A stretch of 64,000 bases of DNA, from the IMG/VR virus record IMGVR_UViG_3300014204_000110; one strand, written 5' to 3'. How positions within the stretch are numbered: the stretch's first letter is position 1; every line of letters starts with the position of its first letter. The notes beneath the pieces are model-generated. The model had not been told where the DNA came from and ran no database searches. It saw only the letters and a program-made list of their open reading frames with translations. Source of the DNA: a virus. Its lineage: Duplodnaviria; Caudoviricetes. This document shows positions 10,384 through 22,803 of this stretch, piece by piece. The position numbers and the translations under genes were made by a program.

Positions 10384-12641
10384 TGATTAATTCAACATTT
10401 TCTTATAATAGTCAAATAAAAGATATTCAGAATTCACTTATTAGTGAAAATATTCGTTCTGTGTCTAATTTTGAATTATTAAATTCAGAAGAAGCTATTA
10501 AAAATGTTATTAGTTCTTATATAGATAAATTTAATTCTCTTGGTGGAATGCTTACAGATATAAGTAAATTTATTGTTAAATCTAAAGATATTATAAATTC
10601 TAAACAATTTGATGATTTATTTCAAAGTGTATATATTGATATATATGCTTTGTATAATGATTTAAATATTGTTTCAAATGTTCTTAATCTTAATCTTAAT
10701 AGAAATAAAAATTATTTTTTAATAATTAAAAAAAGAATAAGAGATTTATGGAATAAATTAAATCTTACACGATCTTTTATTTATGATTCTAATCCATCTG
10801 ATGAATCATATTACGAATCATTTTATAATGATATTAATTCTTTAATTTTAAAAGATGTACTTATAGATAAAAAATCTGGTTATCTATATATTAATCCAAT
10901 ATATACAGAAACTCATAACAAATCTTTTCAAATTAAATCTATAAATTCAGTAACATATCCAGAACCTAATGATAATGGTGGTGTATATAAAAATACAAAT
11001 ATTTTAAATACATTTGAAGATAATTATAAAAATGGTCCAAGAGATATGTTACAAAATGGTTTATGGAAAGAAGAAATTTATACCAATGTTATTCCAGAGT
11101 TATCTTTAAATATAGGTTCGGATTCTAGAATTATTCAGCGAAATTATAAAGGAATAGTGTCTATTATAGATATAGAATATAGTTATTCTATAGAATTTAA
11201 TAGAATAGATTTTGATATTTTTGGTGATAAATCTTTAACAATAGATGCTATTTTATATAAACAAAATATTGATGATGAATGGAATATTTTAAATTATGAA
11301 AATATTGATAATTTAGATTCTAATAATTTAACAAATTTATGTCAATATTCAGTTAGAGGATCAGATTTTGATGTTTTATCTTTTTATAATATTGAGAAAA
11401 TTAATGTTAAATTTTTAAGAATTGTTGTTAATCAAGAGCATTATATTCAGTTAAATTCAGATTATATTAAAAATATATCAATTGAAGATAAAATGTTTAA
11501 TGATCTTTCTGAACGAAGATATGATATTGTTAAATTTAATAAAAATATAAATTCTTTTCTTTCATCTCCAATAATTGATGAAAATAAATCATTATATAAT
11601 AAAATAATAAATATAATTGAATCAACGTCTAGTATTGAAAAAATATTATATAATATTGAAAATTTACTACTTCCAAAAACAGATATTGTTGAAATTAATT
11701 TTTCTAATGTGTTAAAATATGAAATTGGTTTATGGTCAATTGAACCTAAACTTGAGTTATATTCTTATTTAAATGGTGTTTTTTCTTCTAATAAATATAA
11801 ATTAAATGATAAAGTTTTAAATTCTATTTCTTTAAATACTAAACAATCTTTACCTGGATCAACTACGTGTAATTGGTATATAGAAGCTAATAATAAAGAA
11901 ATACCTATTGTTGAAAATACAAGTAAATATAGAAAAGAACCTATTAAAGAATTTGATGTATCTAGTTATTCTAATTTTAGTGGATGGGTTGATCGTGGAG
12001 GAATATTTACACTTCTAGATTTTCCGATTGATTCGGTAAAATATCAAGAAATTGTAATATATAATAATGGTGTTTTACAAGAAAATATAATTAATAATAT
12101 TGCTTTTTTGAATTCAAGAATGATATATATTAATGGTATTAAGGATGTTAAAAATAATAATTATGTTATAAGATATCCTTTATCATTTTATAAAACAATT
12201 AATGTATATGTTCTTTCATCTAAGACTAATAATTCTTATAAATATATATCTTTAGGAATTATTTCAACTAAAAAAGAAATATTAGAAGCTTTTATTAATG
12301 ATATAAGATATAGTGTTTTAAATTCAGATGGTTCTAGACAATATTTAAAAGACGATTTTATAGTAACTAATGCTGTTACAACTTCTGATGAAAGTAAATA
12401 TTGGTTTGGTCCTTCATATGAAAATTGTTTATTTATAGATCGTTCTATTTATAATCTTATTGATACTTCTTTAAATTATGATAAATATTCAAATGCTATA
12501 TTAATTGATGATTCAAAATTATCAAGTAATTTATCTAATTTAAATGATTATTTTAATTTAAGTTCTTATGGTTTTTCAGATTTTAGTATTATTGGAAGTG
12601 TTTCCAATATTGCTCCTATTTCTAATATTAAGGTTTTATAA
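10383..12641 (+). CDS. hypothetical structural protein
   Basis: 752 aa; TAATG coupling; helical N-terminus followed by beta-rich region. Confidence 0.45.
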   Translation: MINSTFSYNSQIKDIQNSLISENIRSVSNFELLNSEEAIKNVISSYIDKFNSLGGMLTDISKFIVKSKDIINSKQFDDLFQSVYIDIYALYNDLNIVSNVLNLNLNRNKNYFLIIKKRIRDLWNKLNLTRSFIYDSNPSDESYYESFYNDINSLILKDVLIDKKSGYLYINPIYTETHNKSFQIKSINSVTYPEPNDNGGVYKNTNILNTFEDNYKNGPRDMLQNGLWKEEIYTNVIPELSLNIGSDSRIIQRNYKGIVSIIDIEYSYSIEFNRIDFDIFGDKSLTIDAILYKQNIDDEWNILNYENIDNLDSNNLTNLCQYSVRGSDFDVLSFYNIEKINVKFLRIVVNQEHYIQLNSDYIKNISIEDKMFNDLSERRYDIVKFNKNINSFLSSPIIDENKSLYNKIINIIESTSSIEKILYNIENLLLPKTDIVEINFSNVLKYEIGLWSIEPKLELYSYLNGVFSSNKYKLNDKVLNSISLNTKQSLPGSTTCNWYIEANNKEIPIVENTSKYRKEPIKEFDVSSYSNFSGWVDRGGIFTLLDFPIDSVKYQEIVIYNNGVLQENIINNIAFLNSRMIYINGIKDVKNNNYVIRYPLSFYKTINVYVLSSKTNNSYKYISLGIISTKKEILEAFINDIRYSVLNSDGSRQYLKDDFIVTNAVTTSDESKYWFGPSYENCLFIDRSIYNLIDTSLNYDKYSNAILIDDSKLSSNLSNLNDYFNLSSYGFSDFSIIGSVSNIAPISNIKVL

Positions 12642-13400
12642 ATGGATTATTATATTCCAGATTCTGTATTATTAAATACGTTATATTTACCTTTTTATAT
12701 TTCTCCAGTTAAAAATATTTTTGATTGTAAAAATAATTTTATTCTTGAAAGTGATATAACTGGAGTTAAATCAATAATAAATTTAAATAATATAATTCCA
12801 TATATATCTATTGATATTTTAGATTCTGAATCTAAAGATTGGTTGTGGTACGATAAAGATGGTTTTCCTTTTAGAATAGAAAAAAACATAATATTAAATT
12901 GTTGGCAATTAAAATCATTATATAATATTGGAGATTATAAAGATAAAATTTTGAAAATAGATCCAACTAAACTTTTATATAATAAAAATGGTAAAAATCA
13001 TGGATTTTATTCACTTGTAGAAAATTATATTGAAAATGATGTTTTAATAGCATCTCCAACTGATATAAAAATGTATATTTGTCAGCAAATTTTTCTCACA
13101 ATTGATGGAAATCTTATAACAGATAAAACGGATTATATAAATACTTATACAAATATTAATTTAACTATTTTAAATACTGAAAGTAATAAAGAGTTTTATT
13201 ATAATCATATGATGAATAAAATTTATACAAATCAAAATTTAGAATTATATGATCAATCTAGTATTAAAATTTATATGTATACTATTCTTGATAATATTTC
13301 AGTAAAATGCAACATGATGTGTAATTATGGAGTTGATAATTTTTTAACTCCAGTTGTTGATTATTATATTGTTAAACTACATGGTAAAAATATTAGATAA
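12642..13400 (+). CDS. hypothetical protein
   Basis: 252-aa ORF abutting the previous stop codon. Confidence 0.5.
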   Translation: MDYYIPDSVLLNTLYLPFYISPVKNIFDCKNNFILESDITGVKSIINLNNIIPYISIDILDSESKDWLWYDKDGFPFRIEKNIILNCWQLKSLYNIGDYKDKILKIDPTKLLYNKNGKNHGFYSLVENYIENDVLIASPTDIKMYICQQIFLTIDGNLITDKTDYINTYTNINLTILNTESNKEFYYNHMMNKIYTNQNLELYDQSSIKIYMYTILDNISVKCNMMCNYGVDNFLTPVVDYYIVKLHGKNIR

Positions 13401-13402
13401 CT

Positions 13403-14875
13403 ATGCGTAATTATTTTTATAAATTAAATAAAACTTATATTGAAAATTTTTCTAAAAAAGTAATAACTTCTTTTAGAAATAATGATATTCATAGTTATGT
13501 ATCTTTTTTAAAAACATTATTTATAGAAATTAATTATCTTTTTAAGTTTATTGGTGGAATGTTATCATCTAAAGATAAACTTCAAAAACGTTTAGGATAT
13601 CCAGAAACTAATACTTATAATGAAGTTCTTAATAATCTTGATGTTGATATAAAAAAATTATATTCCGCTCAAACTATAATTAATTCTGATGTTAATAATT
13701 TATTAAGTTTTAATTCAACTCAACGTATCAAAACTTATGAAAATTTAACTTCTACACAACAACAAGTCTATTCTTTATATATAAAAAATAGAAAAGTTAC
13801 TGGAAATGAGATTATAATTCCAGTTGAAAATCCTTTTACAAGTTCTGATAATATGAGTTCTGATTCAAAAGATGTTTGTATTAATCAAGATAGAGGTTCA
13901 TTAACTTTAAAATATGAAAGTTCTATTGAAAAATCGATAGATCTAGATAATGTTTTTATTTATTTTAGTGACTCGGTTCCTAAAGATAATATATATCCAA
14001 ATAACAAAAGTTTACATCTTGGATCTCATTGGAAAACATCTTCTAATGATCAACATTATATCAGTGATAATTTAACTGATATTAAAAATTATAAAACAAG
14101 ATTAATTGATGATGTTAATAGTAATTATGGTGTTGGGTGGTGTGAATTTGAAGCAGTTAGAACAGAAATTAATTCATTAAGTTTAGCTATACAAAACTTA
14201 TCTTTTAAAAAATCATCATATATTAATAATATTTTTACATCTATTTCTAAAAATTATAAAAATCCAGATGAAATAACTATTAAAAATTACATCGGTAAAA
14301 AATACAATAGAGATGCAGAATCTATATATTTTGATATTAATAATTCATTACAAGGGACATTTATATCATATAATTTTTCTGTAGATAATTATATTAATCC
14401 AAAATATAAATTAGTTATTCCATTTTTAAATAATGTTTCAACTACAAATGAAATTAGATTAGATTTTGAACCAGACAAATTAGGATTTTTTCCTAAAATT
14501 GTGTGGGATGAATCTAAAGTGTATTCTAATGATAATGGTATTGAAATTGCATATTCTTTGATAAGTCCTTCAGATTATAATAATGTTACTTATAATGGTG
14601 AATATAGACTTATAATTAAAGATGGATATATTAAACCATCTAGAGTTGAAGTTATTCTAGAATATGGATCTGATAGTCTTCATTGGGTTCCAATTAATTT
14701 TTATATGAGTCATTATTCTTATAATTCTTCAAAAAATTATAATTTAACACAACCATCTGGTGATGAAATTAATTTAATATTAAATAAAACTTATGATATT
14801 TTTGTTGATTCTGAAAATGATGATATTAAAGAAAAAAATCGAGCATTAAATGTTTTATTAGGTAGAAAAAAATAA
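13403..14875 (+). CDS. hypothetical structural protein
   Basis: 490-aa ORF within the operon. Confidence 0.45.
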   Translation: MRNYFYKLNKTYIENFSKKVITSFRNNDIHSYVSFLKTLFIEINYLFKFIGGMLSSKDKLQKRLGYPETNTYNEVLNNLDVDIKKLYSAQTIINSDVNNLLSFNSTQRIKTYENLTSTQQQVYSLYIKNRKVTGNEIIIPVENPFTSSDNMSSDSKDVCINQDRGSLTLKYESSIEKSIDLDNVFIYFSDSVPKDNIYPNNKSLHLGSHWKTSSNDQHYISDNLTDIKNYKTRLIDDVNSNYGVGWCEFEAVRTEINSLSLAIQNLSFKKSSYINNIFTSISKNYKNPDEITIKNYIGKKYNRDAESIYFDINNSLQGTFISYNFSVDNYINPKYKLVIPFLNNVSTTNEIRLDFEPDKLGFFPKIVWDESKVYSNDNGIEIAYSLISPSDYNNVTYNGEYRLIIKDGYIKPSRVEVILEYGSDSLHWVPINFYMSHYSYNSSKNYNLTQPSGDEINLILNKTYDIFVDSENDDIKEKNRALNVLLGRKK

Positions 14876-16473
14876 TGTATAAATATCCTGATCAACTTGG
14901 TTATATATGTAATAAAAAAGGTGCAGTTTCAAGTACAGTATCTGGTGAAACTGTAATGTATGTTTTATCTACTAAAACATGTGATAATGGTAAACAACTA
15001 ATTATTAAAACATCCAAAGGAACTGATAAATTAAAAGAATCAAATACTATTATTCCAATATTACCATATAGATTAATTATAAATGATTATTCTTTTTTAA
15101 AAAAAATAGAACAAAATTTAATTCAATATGCAGATTCTATTAATTTTTATAATCCTGGTATAACTGTTACTGATAAAATTAATTTACCATCTATTTTAAG
15201 TAATAATACATCAAAATTTATAGAACTTAATATACCAAGAGATGGATTAAAGTATTTTTCTAATAATTATGTTTATCAAACTTTTTCTTCTACAAATAAT
15301 ATTGCTGTTACAATTAGGAATATAGATGTTTATGATACTCAAGCTTCTATGGTATTAGAAAATATATCTCCAACAGAAGATATATTATATATTTCTATAG
15401 TCACTAGAGTTGATATAAGTGGTACAACATCTGATACATATTATGCTAATAAAGTTTTATCATATAGTTATTGTATTCCAATTGTTATTTCTTTAAAAAT
15501 TAATAGAACTAATCTAATTACTGATAAAATTATTAATACTGATATTTTACCTTATTCTTGGAGTTATATAATTGATTATAATCAATTTAATGATAATACC
15601 CCAGTTACAATTGGAAAAATAAATTCTTCAGAAATTGGTTCAATTGATACTAAAATGTGGAATTATAATATTATTCCAGGAAAATATCTATATTCTTCAA
15701 CTTATAGAAATCGATATGATCCAATAGCATTTGGTTGTAATGTTGATATTTGTTTAGATTTATCTAATATTATTACTGCAATATCTTCATATGGAAATTT
15801 TTATTTAGATGTTAATAAATATAATCAAGCACATATTTTTACAAGATGTTCTTTAGGGTTATCTAGTGGATTTGTTTTATGTAGTTATTATTATTCTAAA
15901 AACAGAATGAATACATTATCATCTAAAATTAATATATATAAATATAACACTTATTATATTTCAATATTTAATACTTATATTAATTCTAATAAAGAATTAC
16001 ATTTTTATATTTTAGACGATTCTTTTAATATATTATCTAGATGTGTTATAACTAATGGTTATGATGGGGATTTATTAATTTCACAAGGATATGTATATTT
16101 AACTTATTCATCTAATAATAAAAGATATATATTTAAATTATCAACTGATATATCTACTTTAGTTAGTATTATATCATATAAAGTTACTACTGGAGAATCA
16201 TTTAAAAATTTGTTTTTATCATCTAATGCAACATTAATAGCTGAACAAACTATAAATATAAAAGAATCAAATTTATTTGATTATAATGTAACTATTGAAA
16301 ATATTTATAAAATTGATAAAACTTCTCAAGATAAGTCAATAGGTAATTTAAATAATACTTTTATTGGTGATTATTATTATTTAAATTCAAATGGATCTAA
16401 TTATTTAATATTAGATAAAGTTTCACTATCATCTTATGGTGTAACTAATGTTCCTCAATTTATTAATATATGA
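14875..16473 (+). CDS. hypothetical structural protein
   Basis: 532-aa ORF; TAATG coupling. Confidence 0.45.
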   Translation: MYKYPDQLGYICNKKGAVSSTVSGETVMYVLSTKTCDNGKQLIIKTSKGTDKLKESNTIIPILPYRLIINDYSFLKKIEQNLIQYADSINFYNPGITVTDKINLPSILSNNTSKFIELNIPRDGLKYFSNNYVYQTFSSTNNIAVTIRNIDVYDTQASMVLENISPTEDILYISIVTRVDISGTTSDTYYANKVLSYSYCIPIVISLKINRTNLITDKIINTDILPYSWSYIIDYNQFNDNTPVTIGKINSSEIGSIDTKMWNYNIIPGKYLYSSTYRNRYDPIAFGCNVDICLDLSNIITAISSYGNFYLDVNKYNQAHIFTRCSLGLSSGFVLCSYYYSKNRMNTLSSKINIYKYNTYYISIFNTYINSNKELHFYILDDSFNILSRCVITNGYDGDLLISQGYVYLTYSSNNKRYIFKLSTDISTLVSIISYKVTTGESFKNLFLSSNATLIAEQTINIKESNLFDYNVTIENIYKIDKTSQDKSIGNLNNTFIGDYYYLNSNGSNYLILDKVSLSSYGVTNVPQFINI

Positions 16474-18056
16474 CAAATTTAATATTTTCTCAAAATGATA
16501 GTGGATTATTTTCAGATTCTTATACATATCTTAAGTATTCAATTGATATAATTCCTGCTGATCTTAATTTTAATATTGTAAAACCAGAGGTTTTATCTTT
16601 AAGTGGATCGACCTTAAATATTAATTATTTTAATGATCCAACATTTGGATATAATGAAGATTTTTCTAAACTTCATGTTAATGGTACATCATTGATGTTT
16701 ATAATAAGTAATTGTTCTGGAATATATTCATCTAATTCAATATCTTTATCTTCATGGAATCCAATCATTAATGGAATTTCTATAGATACTATTAAAAGAT
16801 CAGATATGAGTTTTACTTATAATGGTGATTATAAAGTTTTTTCTGAGAATGTTGTTACAAAATCAGGATATTGGGCTTATGGTAATAATATTGAAGTTTC
16901 TTTAAATTATAATGGAATTAATTTATTATATGGATCTTCAAGTCAAATAATTAAACCAATTATATATGATTATGATACTACTGGTGTATTTAAAATGAAT
17001 TTAATTTTAAATCTTGATTTTAATTCAGTATCAAGTCCGTATACTTATACAGATCCTAATTTTAGTTTATCTGGATGTATATTAGATATTAAAATGTATG
17101 ATAAAAATAATATTATAAAAGCAAATAAAAGTTATTCTAATGTTAATATAAATTTTCCAGATATAGATGGTTCTATAATAGTTGATAATAATATTACTAA
17201 AACTATTGATGATGTTGTGTTTTATGTATCTAGAAACGCTAATATTAGAGATACTAATTATACAGAACTCCATAATATTAAAAAACAAACATATAATATC
17301 ATTAAAAATTCATTTTATGAAGAAAATTACCAAAGTTATTTAAATAATAATGTTTATGCTGATAATATTATAATACCTAATTCTTCTTTAAATCGTGGAG
17401 ATTATTGTTTTATATCTTATGAACCAAAATTATTTGGTATTAGATCTGGAATTAAAAATAATACAGCTATAACTGATTATGTAACAAATTGTAAAGGTCA
17501 TAAATATTTTATATCTGGTGTTGCATTAAATATGAGTATTAGTGGTGTTTATGGAGATGATATATTAGATTTAATATCTGAACAAAATCCTTATATTTTT
17601 ATAGATTCAGCAAATAATAGTGGTCATCTTCAAGTTAATTTTAGTGCAACTCATGAAAATTGGACAACAAATACAAATAGAGATAATCTTCAAGAATCTG
17701 GTATTTATCCATTTATTTCACAATTATATTTGATTGCTACTCAAAATAATTATATAGAAACTACATTACGAGTTCGACAAAGTACTTTTAATTCGTATGA
17801 TGATGAACTGACCTATCCTAATGTTGATATTACGTATACTACATTACTTTCTATTCTTGGAATGGAAAATCTTTATTACTCTCAATCTAGTTTATCTGGT
17901 ACTGATATTTCTTTAACTTCTCAATCAATAAATGTTAATATATTAAAATCTGGAAGTTATAAAGTATATTTAGCTGTAGTTGATGAATTTGATCAAGTAT
18001 CATTATGGTGTATTACTAATAAATCTAAAAATTTTAATTTTTCTGCAGGTTATTAA
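16470..18056 (+). CDS. hypothetical structural protein (SG-rich)
   Basis: 528-aa ORF; ATGA overlap. Confidence 0.45.
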   Translation: MTNLIFSQNDSGLFSDSYTYLKYSIDIIPADLNFNIVKPEVLSLSGSTLNINYFNDPTFGYNEDFSKLHVNGTSLMFIISNCSGIYSSNSISLSSWNPIINGISIDTIKRSDMSFTYNGDYKVFSENVVTKSGYWAYGNNIEVSLNYNGINLLYGSSSQIIKPIIYDYDTTGVFKMNLILNLDFNSVSSPYTYTDPNFSLSGCILDIKMYDKNNIIKANKSYSNVNINFPDIDGSIIVDNNITKTIDDVVFYVSRNANIRDTNYTELHNIKKQTYNIIKNSFYEENYQSYLNNNVYADNIIIPNSSLNRGDYCFISYEPKLFGIRSGIKNNTAITDYVTNCKGHKYFISGVALNMSISGVYGDDILDLISEQNPYIFIDSANNSGHLQVNFSATHENWTTNTNRDNLQESGIYPFISQLYLIATQNNYIETTLRVRQSTFNSYDDELTYPNVDITYTTLLSILGMENLYYSQSSLSGTDISLTSQSINVNILKSGSYKVYLAVVDEFDQVSLWCITNKSKNFNFSAGY

Positions 18057-19411
18057 TGTCTAATAATTTTTATATTTCTTTAGGATCTTTAAGTGGAATT
18101 AATTTATATTTTGATTCTTTAAATAAAGGAGATTCTAATCTTTATTTTAAAGTTTATTCAAATGAAATTCAGATTCCTCCTCAAACGAAAATAAAGGCTA
18201 TTATAGTACCAAGTGGAATTAGTAATCTACCTGATCCAGACACAGCTTTCTCTGTCTCTGAGTTACTTGTACGGCTTCGTAGTGATAAGATATATAGTGA
18301 TGATGATTATGGATTATATTCAGTGTATGGTGGATCAAATAATACATCTTCAAACATTAATCCTTCATTTAATGATGTTAAAATAGGAACAATGTGGGAG
18401 AATTCAGTATTTGATATTCATTGGATAATTCAAAGAAATAATGTTGAAACTTATGGTAGTTATTCTGGAGTATGGAGTTTACCACATAATATTCAAAATC
18501 AAGAAGTTATAATAAGTGGTCAATTAATTTCTGATGATACTATGCATTATACATTAAATTGGAGTGGAATTAGTAATGAAGGATCACTTTTATATAATTA
18601 TCCCACATATGGTCCATATAGAATGTATGTATCTCATGCTTATGATGTAAATGATACTGTATCAGGATTTACAAATTACGTATATTATCCATCTGGAACT
18701 TTTATATCTGGAGTATCTTTTAATTTACCATATAATGATCCTAGAACAAATACTCCTGCTATATATTTATTTAATCTTTTAAATGTTAGTGCATATAGTG
18801 GTATTAGGTTTAATTCTTCACCAAAAATTATTACAGTTGATCATGCTCAATTAAATTCTACAAGTTATTTTAAAAATCTTGATAATGAAGTATTTTCTAG
18901 TCCAGATGTTAATAAATTAAAAAAAGTGGATGAAGTTTTAATAGAGTCTAATGTTATTAATAGGAAAAGATTAAGTATTGGAATTAATGATATTTGTATT
19001 AAAAATAATATATATATGAAACAAGGAGTATATGTATCTAATTATTATCCAGTAGATTTTAATATATATACTTTTTCATTAAAAGTTGATGAATTTATTC
19101 CAGATTATGAAAATATTAATAAATATAATATTGTTAAATATTTTATCGAATTTAATTCAAAATACGAACAAATATCTCCAATATCTAGAAGTGATGAATT
19201 TTTAGATAATAAACTTATTCCAAAATTACTAATATTTGATAAAGGACAAGATATTAATCATATTAAATATCTTAATTATGAGAATGTAAGAAGTTTTAGA
19301 ATTAAAATTCTATTTGATTTATCTTTTTTAACTGATAATAAATTTATTTCACCTGAAATATTTGATTATAAATGTATTTTATACAGTAAAGAACAATTTT
19401 TATCTCTATGA
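18056..19411 (+). CDS. hypothetical structural protein (SG-rich)
   Basis: 451-aa ORF; TAATG coupling. Confidence 0.45.
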   Translation: MSNNFYISLGSLSGINLYFDSLNKGDSNLYFKVYSNEIQIPPQTKIKAIIVPSGISNLPDPDTAFSVSELLVRLRSDKIYSDDDYGLYSVYGGSNNTSSNINPSFNDVKIGTMWENSVFDIHWIIQRNNVETYGSYSGVWSLPHNIQNQEVIISGQLISDDTMHYTLNWSGISNEGSLLYNYPTYGPYRMYVSHAYDVNDTVSGFTNYVYYPSGTFISGVSFNLPYNDPRTNTPAIYLFNLLNVSAYSGIRFNSSPKIITVDHAQLNSTSYFKNLDNEVFSSPDVNKLKKVDEVLIESNVINRKRLSIGINDICIKNNIYMKQGVYVSNYYPVDFNIYTFSLKVDEFIPDYENINKYNIVKYFIEFNSKYEQISPISRSDEFLDNKLIPKLLIFDKGQDINHIKYLNYENVRSFRIKILFDLSFLTDNKFISPEIFDYKCILYSKEQFLSL

Positions 19412-22400
19412 ACTATAAAATAGATAACTTATATAATAAAGTTTATTCTTCGTTTATTCGTGGTGAGTATCCTGAAGGACCAAAAATACCTACTAAAAAT
19501 GAGGTATTATCTAAAATTGAAGAAATTACAACTTCAGAATATATTCCTATTACCAAAAATGATAGATTAAATGAAATTGATATTGATAAAATTAATGAAA
19601 AATTTTCAAATATTATTGATGATATAGATATTTTATATTCTTCAATTGAATCTCAATCTAAAGAAGTATTATCTCAACTTACAAATTCTTTAAAAGAACA
19701 TAATGGTGTTAAAAGTGAATTAAAACTTATAAATAATTCAGTTCAAGATATTTCTAATGGAAAACTTGGAGAAGAGTTTTTAACATATAATTTTACAGAA
19801 ACGTTTAATGATTCTACAAATATTAATTTAAATAAAAGTGATCCTATTAATTATGATGCTGGATTATTTACTATAAATAAAGATTTTAGTAATTATGTTA
19901 ATCTTAAACATTATTATGGAACAAAGTTAGATTTTATAATTTCTGAAAGTTATTCATTAATAATAGATAATGGTTATATTGGAGATACTGATGCTTCATT
20001 AATATTTGATCAAGTTAATCCAAGACAATTAATATATTATGTTAAAACTAGTAGTCCTACATCTTTAAAATTATCAACAAGTATACAACTTAATGAACAA
20101 GTTAGTGTTATAGATATTAATTCTGTTATTATAGATATAGATTCTGATGTTTCAAAAGGATTAATTAGGTTATATTATAAAGATAATTATGAATGGAAAG
20201 ATGTTAAAACTAATAGTATTCAAGAGATTATTAATGATAAAATTATTTTTAATTTTCCATCAGTTAAAACCTCACATATTAAAATAGAATTTATTAAAAA
20301 TAGTCCAGATTCGTTTTTAGATAATTCATATTATTTTGCAATAAATAATATTTCGATATCTAAAAGTGTTTCTAAACGTACTGCTACTATGCAATCTAAT
20401 GCTATAATTTTAAATAGTTATAATAACGATGTTCCTTTTATATCAAATATTAGTGTATCTGGAGATTATGACGTTCCTAATAATTGTGATATGAAAATAT
20501 ATGTTTCTCCAGATATTAAAATAAGTGGAGCTTTTGTAGATAGTTTTAATAGTGTACTTGATTATAGATCTCCAAATATTTATAAGTTTGATCCAACTTA
20601 TTCTGGATCTGTTTATTTATCTGAGATAATGTATGTTAATAATCTTGTATCTGGTATATTTCCATATAAAAGTATTAATTTTAATTGGCAAGAACTTAAA
20701 TTAAATGATAAAAAAGGTGAGTCCATACCAGAACTTATAGATTTTTCTAATACTATTAAAAATATTAAATTAGATAATTCTTTATTTAAACCAAATGATC
20801 AAATATTATTTGGAGATTCTAATTATATAGAAACTTATAACGTAAGTGGATGGGTAAATGTAGATAATGAAAATTGGTCTATATTAGAATCAATGGTTAT
20901 TTCTGGAATGTTAGTATCTGGAGTTGATATAGCAACTTTAGAAGGTGTTTCTTGGAATGATATTGAAGATATTAATGGTATAATTCATCCAGATATATTA
21001 GCGAATCCTTTATATTCTGGACAGTGGATAGGATATAATAGTGGAGTTGGATATCCTTTTGGATATACATATTCAGATTATGTTTTAAAATTTGGAGATT
21101 ATTCACAAAGTTATAATGGGTGGTGGAGACCATATGTAGAATCTGTCACATTATCTGGAATAGATCCAGATTATACTGGAATTAATGGGTTTTTAAGTAA
21201 TAATTATGTTAATTATCTTCCTGATTTTTATTTTAATAATAATCATTTTTATAAAATATATAAATTTGGATATGGAAATAATGTTATTGATCAATCTATA
21301 CGATTATATACATATCAAGAAAGACCTATTAATAACATTTTTGATAGATATCCTTGTACTTTTGTATGGAAATATAAAACTGAATGGATAGATAAAATAG
21401 ATTATAAAATTAATGATTTTGATCCAACTTATCCATCATCTTGGGATAATTATATTATTCCTATTTCTTCTGGATTATTAAATATTAATGAAGAGTATAT
21501 TATTGATTCAATAACTGATCTTAAAATACATAATTCTAATTCTATTTTAGATAGATCAGAATATCAAATATTATATAATGATAATACTATAAATGGTTTG
21601 TTATTAAAAGGATTATCTAATCGTACTGGTCTTATTCCAAGTGGAATTACTTTTGATTATAAATATCAATATAGAGTTAAAAATGAATATCTTTCTACAT
21701 GGACTGCATTTGTTATAGTTTCTCCAGGAAGTAGTGATAATTTTATTACTATATCAAATGTTTTTATAAATGAAAAAAATATTAAATTAATACAAAAAAT
21801 AGTTGTAGAAAATATTGATAATGGACAAGTTACTGAGTTTCTAGATGATACTGGAGGATCTTTTTATATAGATTTTATGTCTCAAAATACTCAATCTGAA
21901 ACACATTATAAAATTACTATATTTTGTGCTAGTGATGAAAATACAGGATTTTGTGCTTATAATTGGATTCCTTATCAAAATAATATAAATGGAACAATTA
22001 ATGTTTCTCCTTATATTAAAATTGTATCTAAATTAGAATCACTTAAAATTGTAAGTTTTGATAATTTATTATATAATACTTCTTTTTCTAATGATAATAA
22101 AGCTGCTATTTATGAAGAAAATAATGAAAAATATATAGTTGTTAAAAAACCTTTTAAAGATTATGTTCCTGGATATTATTTTAATTATATTAATAAAAAG
22201 TATTATTATGATCCTGATAAACAAATAGAAAATAAAAGTCATTGGATTAGATCTGGAGATAATATTAATATATATTATACTACAGGATCATCTGGTAATT
22301 TTGTATATAAAAAAGGTTTTAGTAATGTTGATATAAATTGGAATGGTGGAGTAACTCTTGTCGATTTTCCAAATTATACTGGATATGAAAGTTATCAACA

Positions 22401-22803
22401 TCATAGTACGTATGGATATCCTATAAATATAGATAATATTAATGAACAAAGTATTATTTTATATCCAAATGATATTGATCCTAGAGCACCAATATCTAGT
22501 GGAATTGTTGGAAGTTCTTTATGGTTAAATTGGTTAAATAATACTAATAGAAGTAGTGAAGCTAATATATATCAGAGTTCAAATAAATTAACAGTTTCGG
22601 ATTATAATAGAGGATTTTTATTTTATGATACTGCTGAAAATTTACCATCATATTATTCAATATCATATAGATTAATTAAAAGTACTTCTGATATTAATAA
22701 TAGATTTTTGTATAAAATAGAACTTATAAGTGATGATGATGGTAGTCTTGTACCAAAAGTTCGATCAATAAATTTTATTATAAATAAGGACATTTATGCG
22801 TAA
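19408..22803 (+). CDS. large hypothetical structural protein
   Basis: 1131-aa ORF; coiled-coil N-terminus, beta-rich remainder; ATGA overlap. Confidence 0.5.
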   Translation: MNYKIDNLYNKVYSSFIRGEYPEGPKIPTKNEVLSKIEEITTSEYIPITKNDRLNEIDIDKINEKFSNIIDDIDILYSSIESQSKEVLSQLTNSLKEHNGVKSELKLINNSVQDISNGKLGEEFLTYNFTETFNDSTNINLNKSDPINYDAGLFTINKDFSNYVNLKHYYGTKLDFIISESYSLIIDNGYIGDTDASLIFDQVNPRQLIYYVKTSSPTSLKLSTSIQLNEQVSVIDINSVIIDIDSDVSKGLIRLYYKDNYEWKDVKTNSIQEIINDKIIFNFPSVKTSHIKIEFIKNSPDSFLDNSYYFAINNISISKSVSKRTATMQSNAIILNSYNNDVPFISNISVSGDYDVPNNCDMKIYVSPDIKISGAFVDSFNSVLDYRSPNIYKFDPTYSGSVYLSEIMYVNNLVSGIFPYKSINFNWQELKLNDKKGESIPELIDFSNTIKNIKLDNSLFKPNDQILFGDSNYIETYNVSGWVNVDNENWSILESMVISGMLVSGVDIATLEGVSWNDIEDINGIIHPDILANPLYSGQWIGYNSGVGYPFGYTYSDYVLKFGDYSQSYNGWWRPYVESVTLSGIDPDYTGINGFLSNNYVNYLPDFYFNNNHFYKIYKFGYGNNVIDQSIRLYTYQERPINNIFDRYPCTFVWKYKTEWIDKIDYKINDFDPTYPSSWDNYIIPISSGLLNINEEYIIDSITDLKIHNSNSILDRSEYQILYNDNTINGLLLKGLSNRTGLIPSGITFDYKYQYRVKNEYLSTWTAFVIVSPGSSDNFITISNVFINEKNIKLIQKIVVENIDNGQVTEFLDDTGGSFYIDFMSQNTQSETHYKITIFCASDENTGFCAYNWIPYQNNINGTINVSPYIKIVSKLESLKIVSFDNLLYNTSFSNDNKAAIYEENNEKYIVVKKPFKDYVPGYYFNYINKKYYYDPDKQIENKSHWIRSGDNINIYYTTGSSGNFVYKKGFSNVDINWNGGVTLVDFPNYTGYESYQHHSTYGYPINIDNINEQSIILYPNDIDPRAPISSGIVGSSLWLNWLNNTNRSSEANIYQSSNKLTVSDYNRGFLFYDTAENLPSYYSISYRLIKSTSDINNRFLYKIELISDDDGSLVPKVRSINFIINKDIYA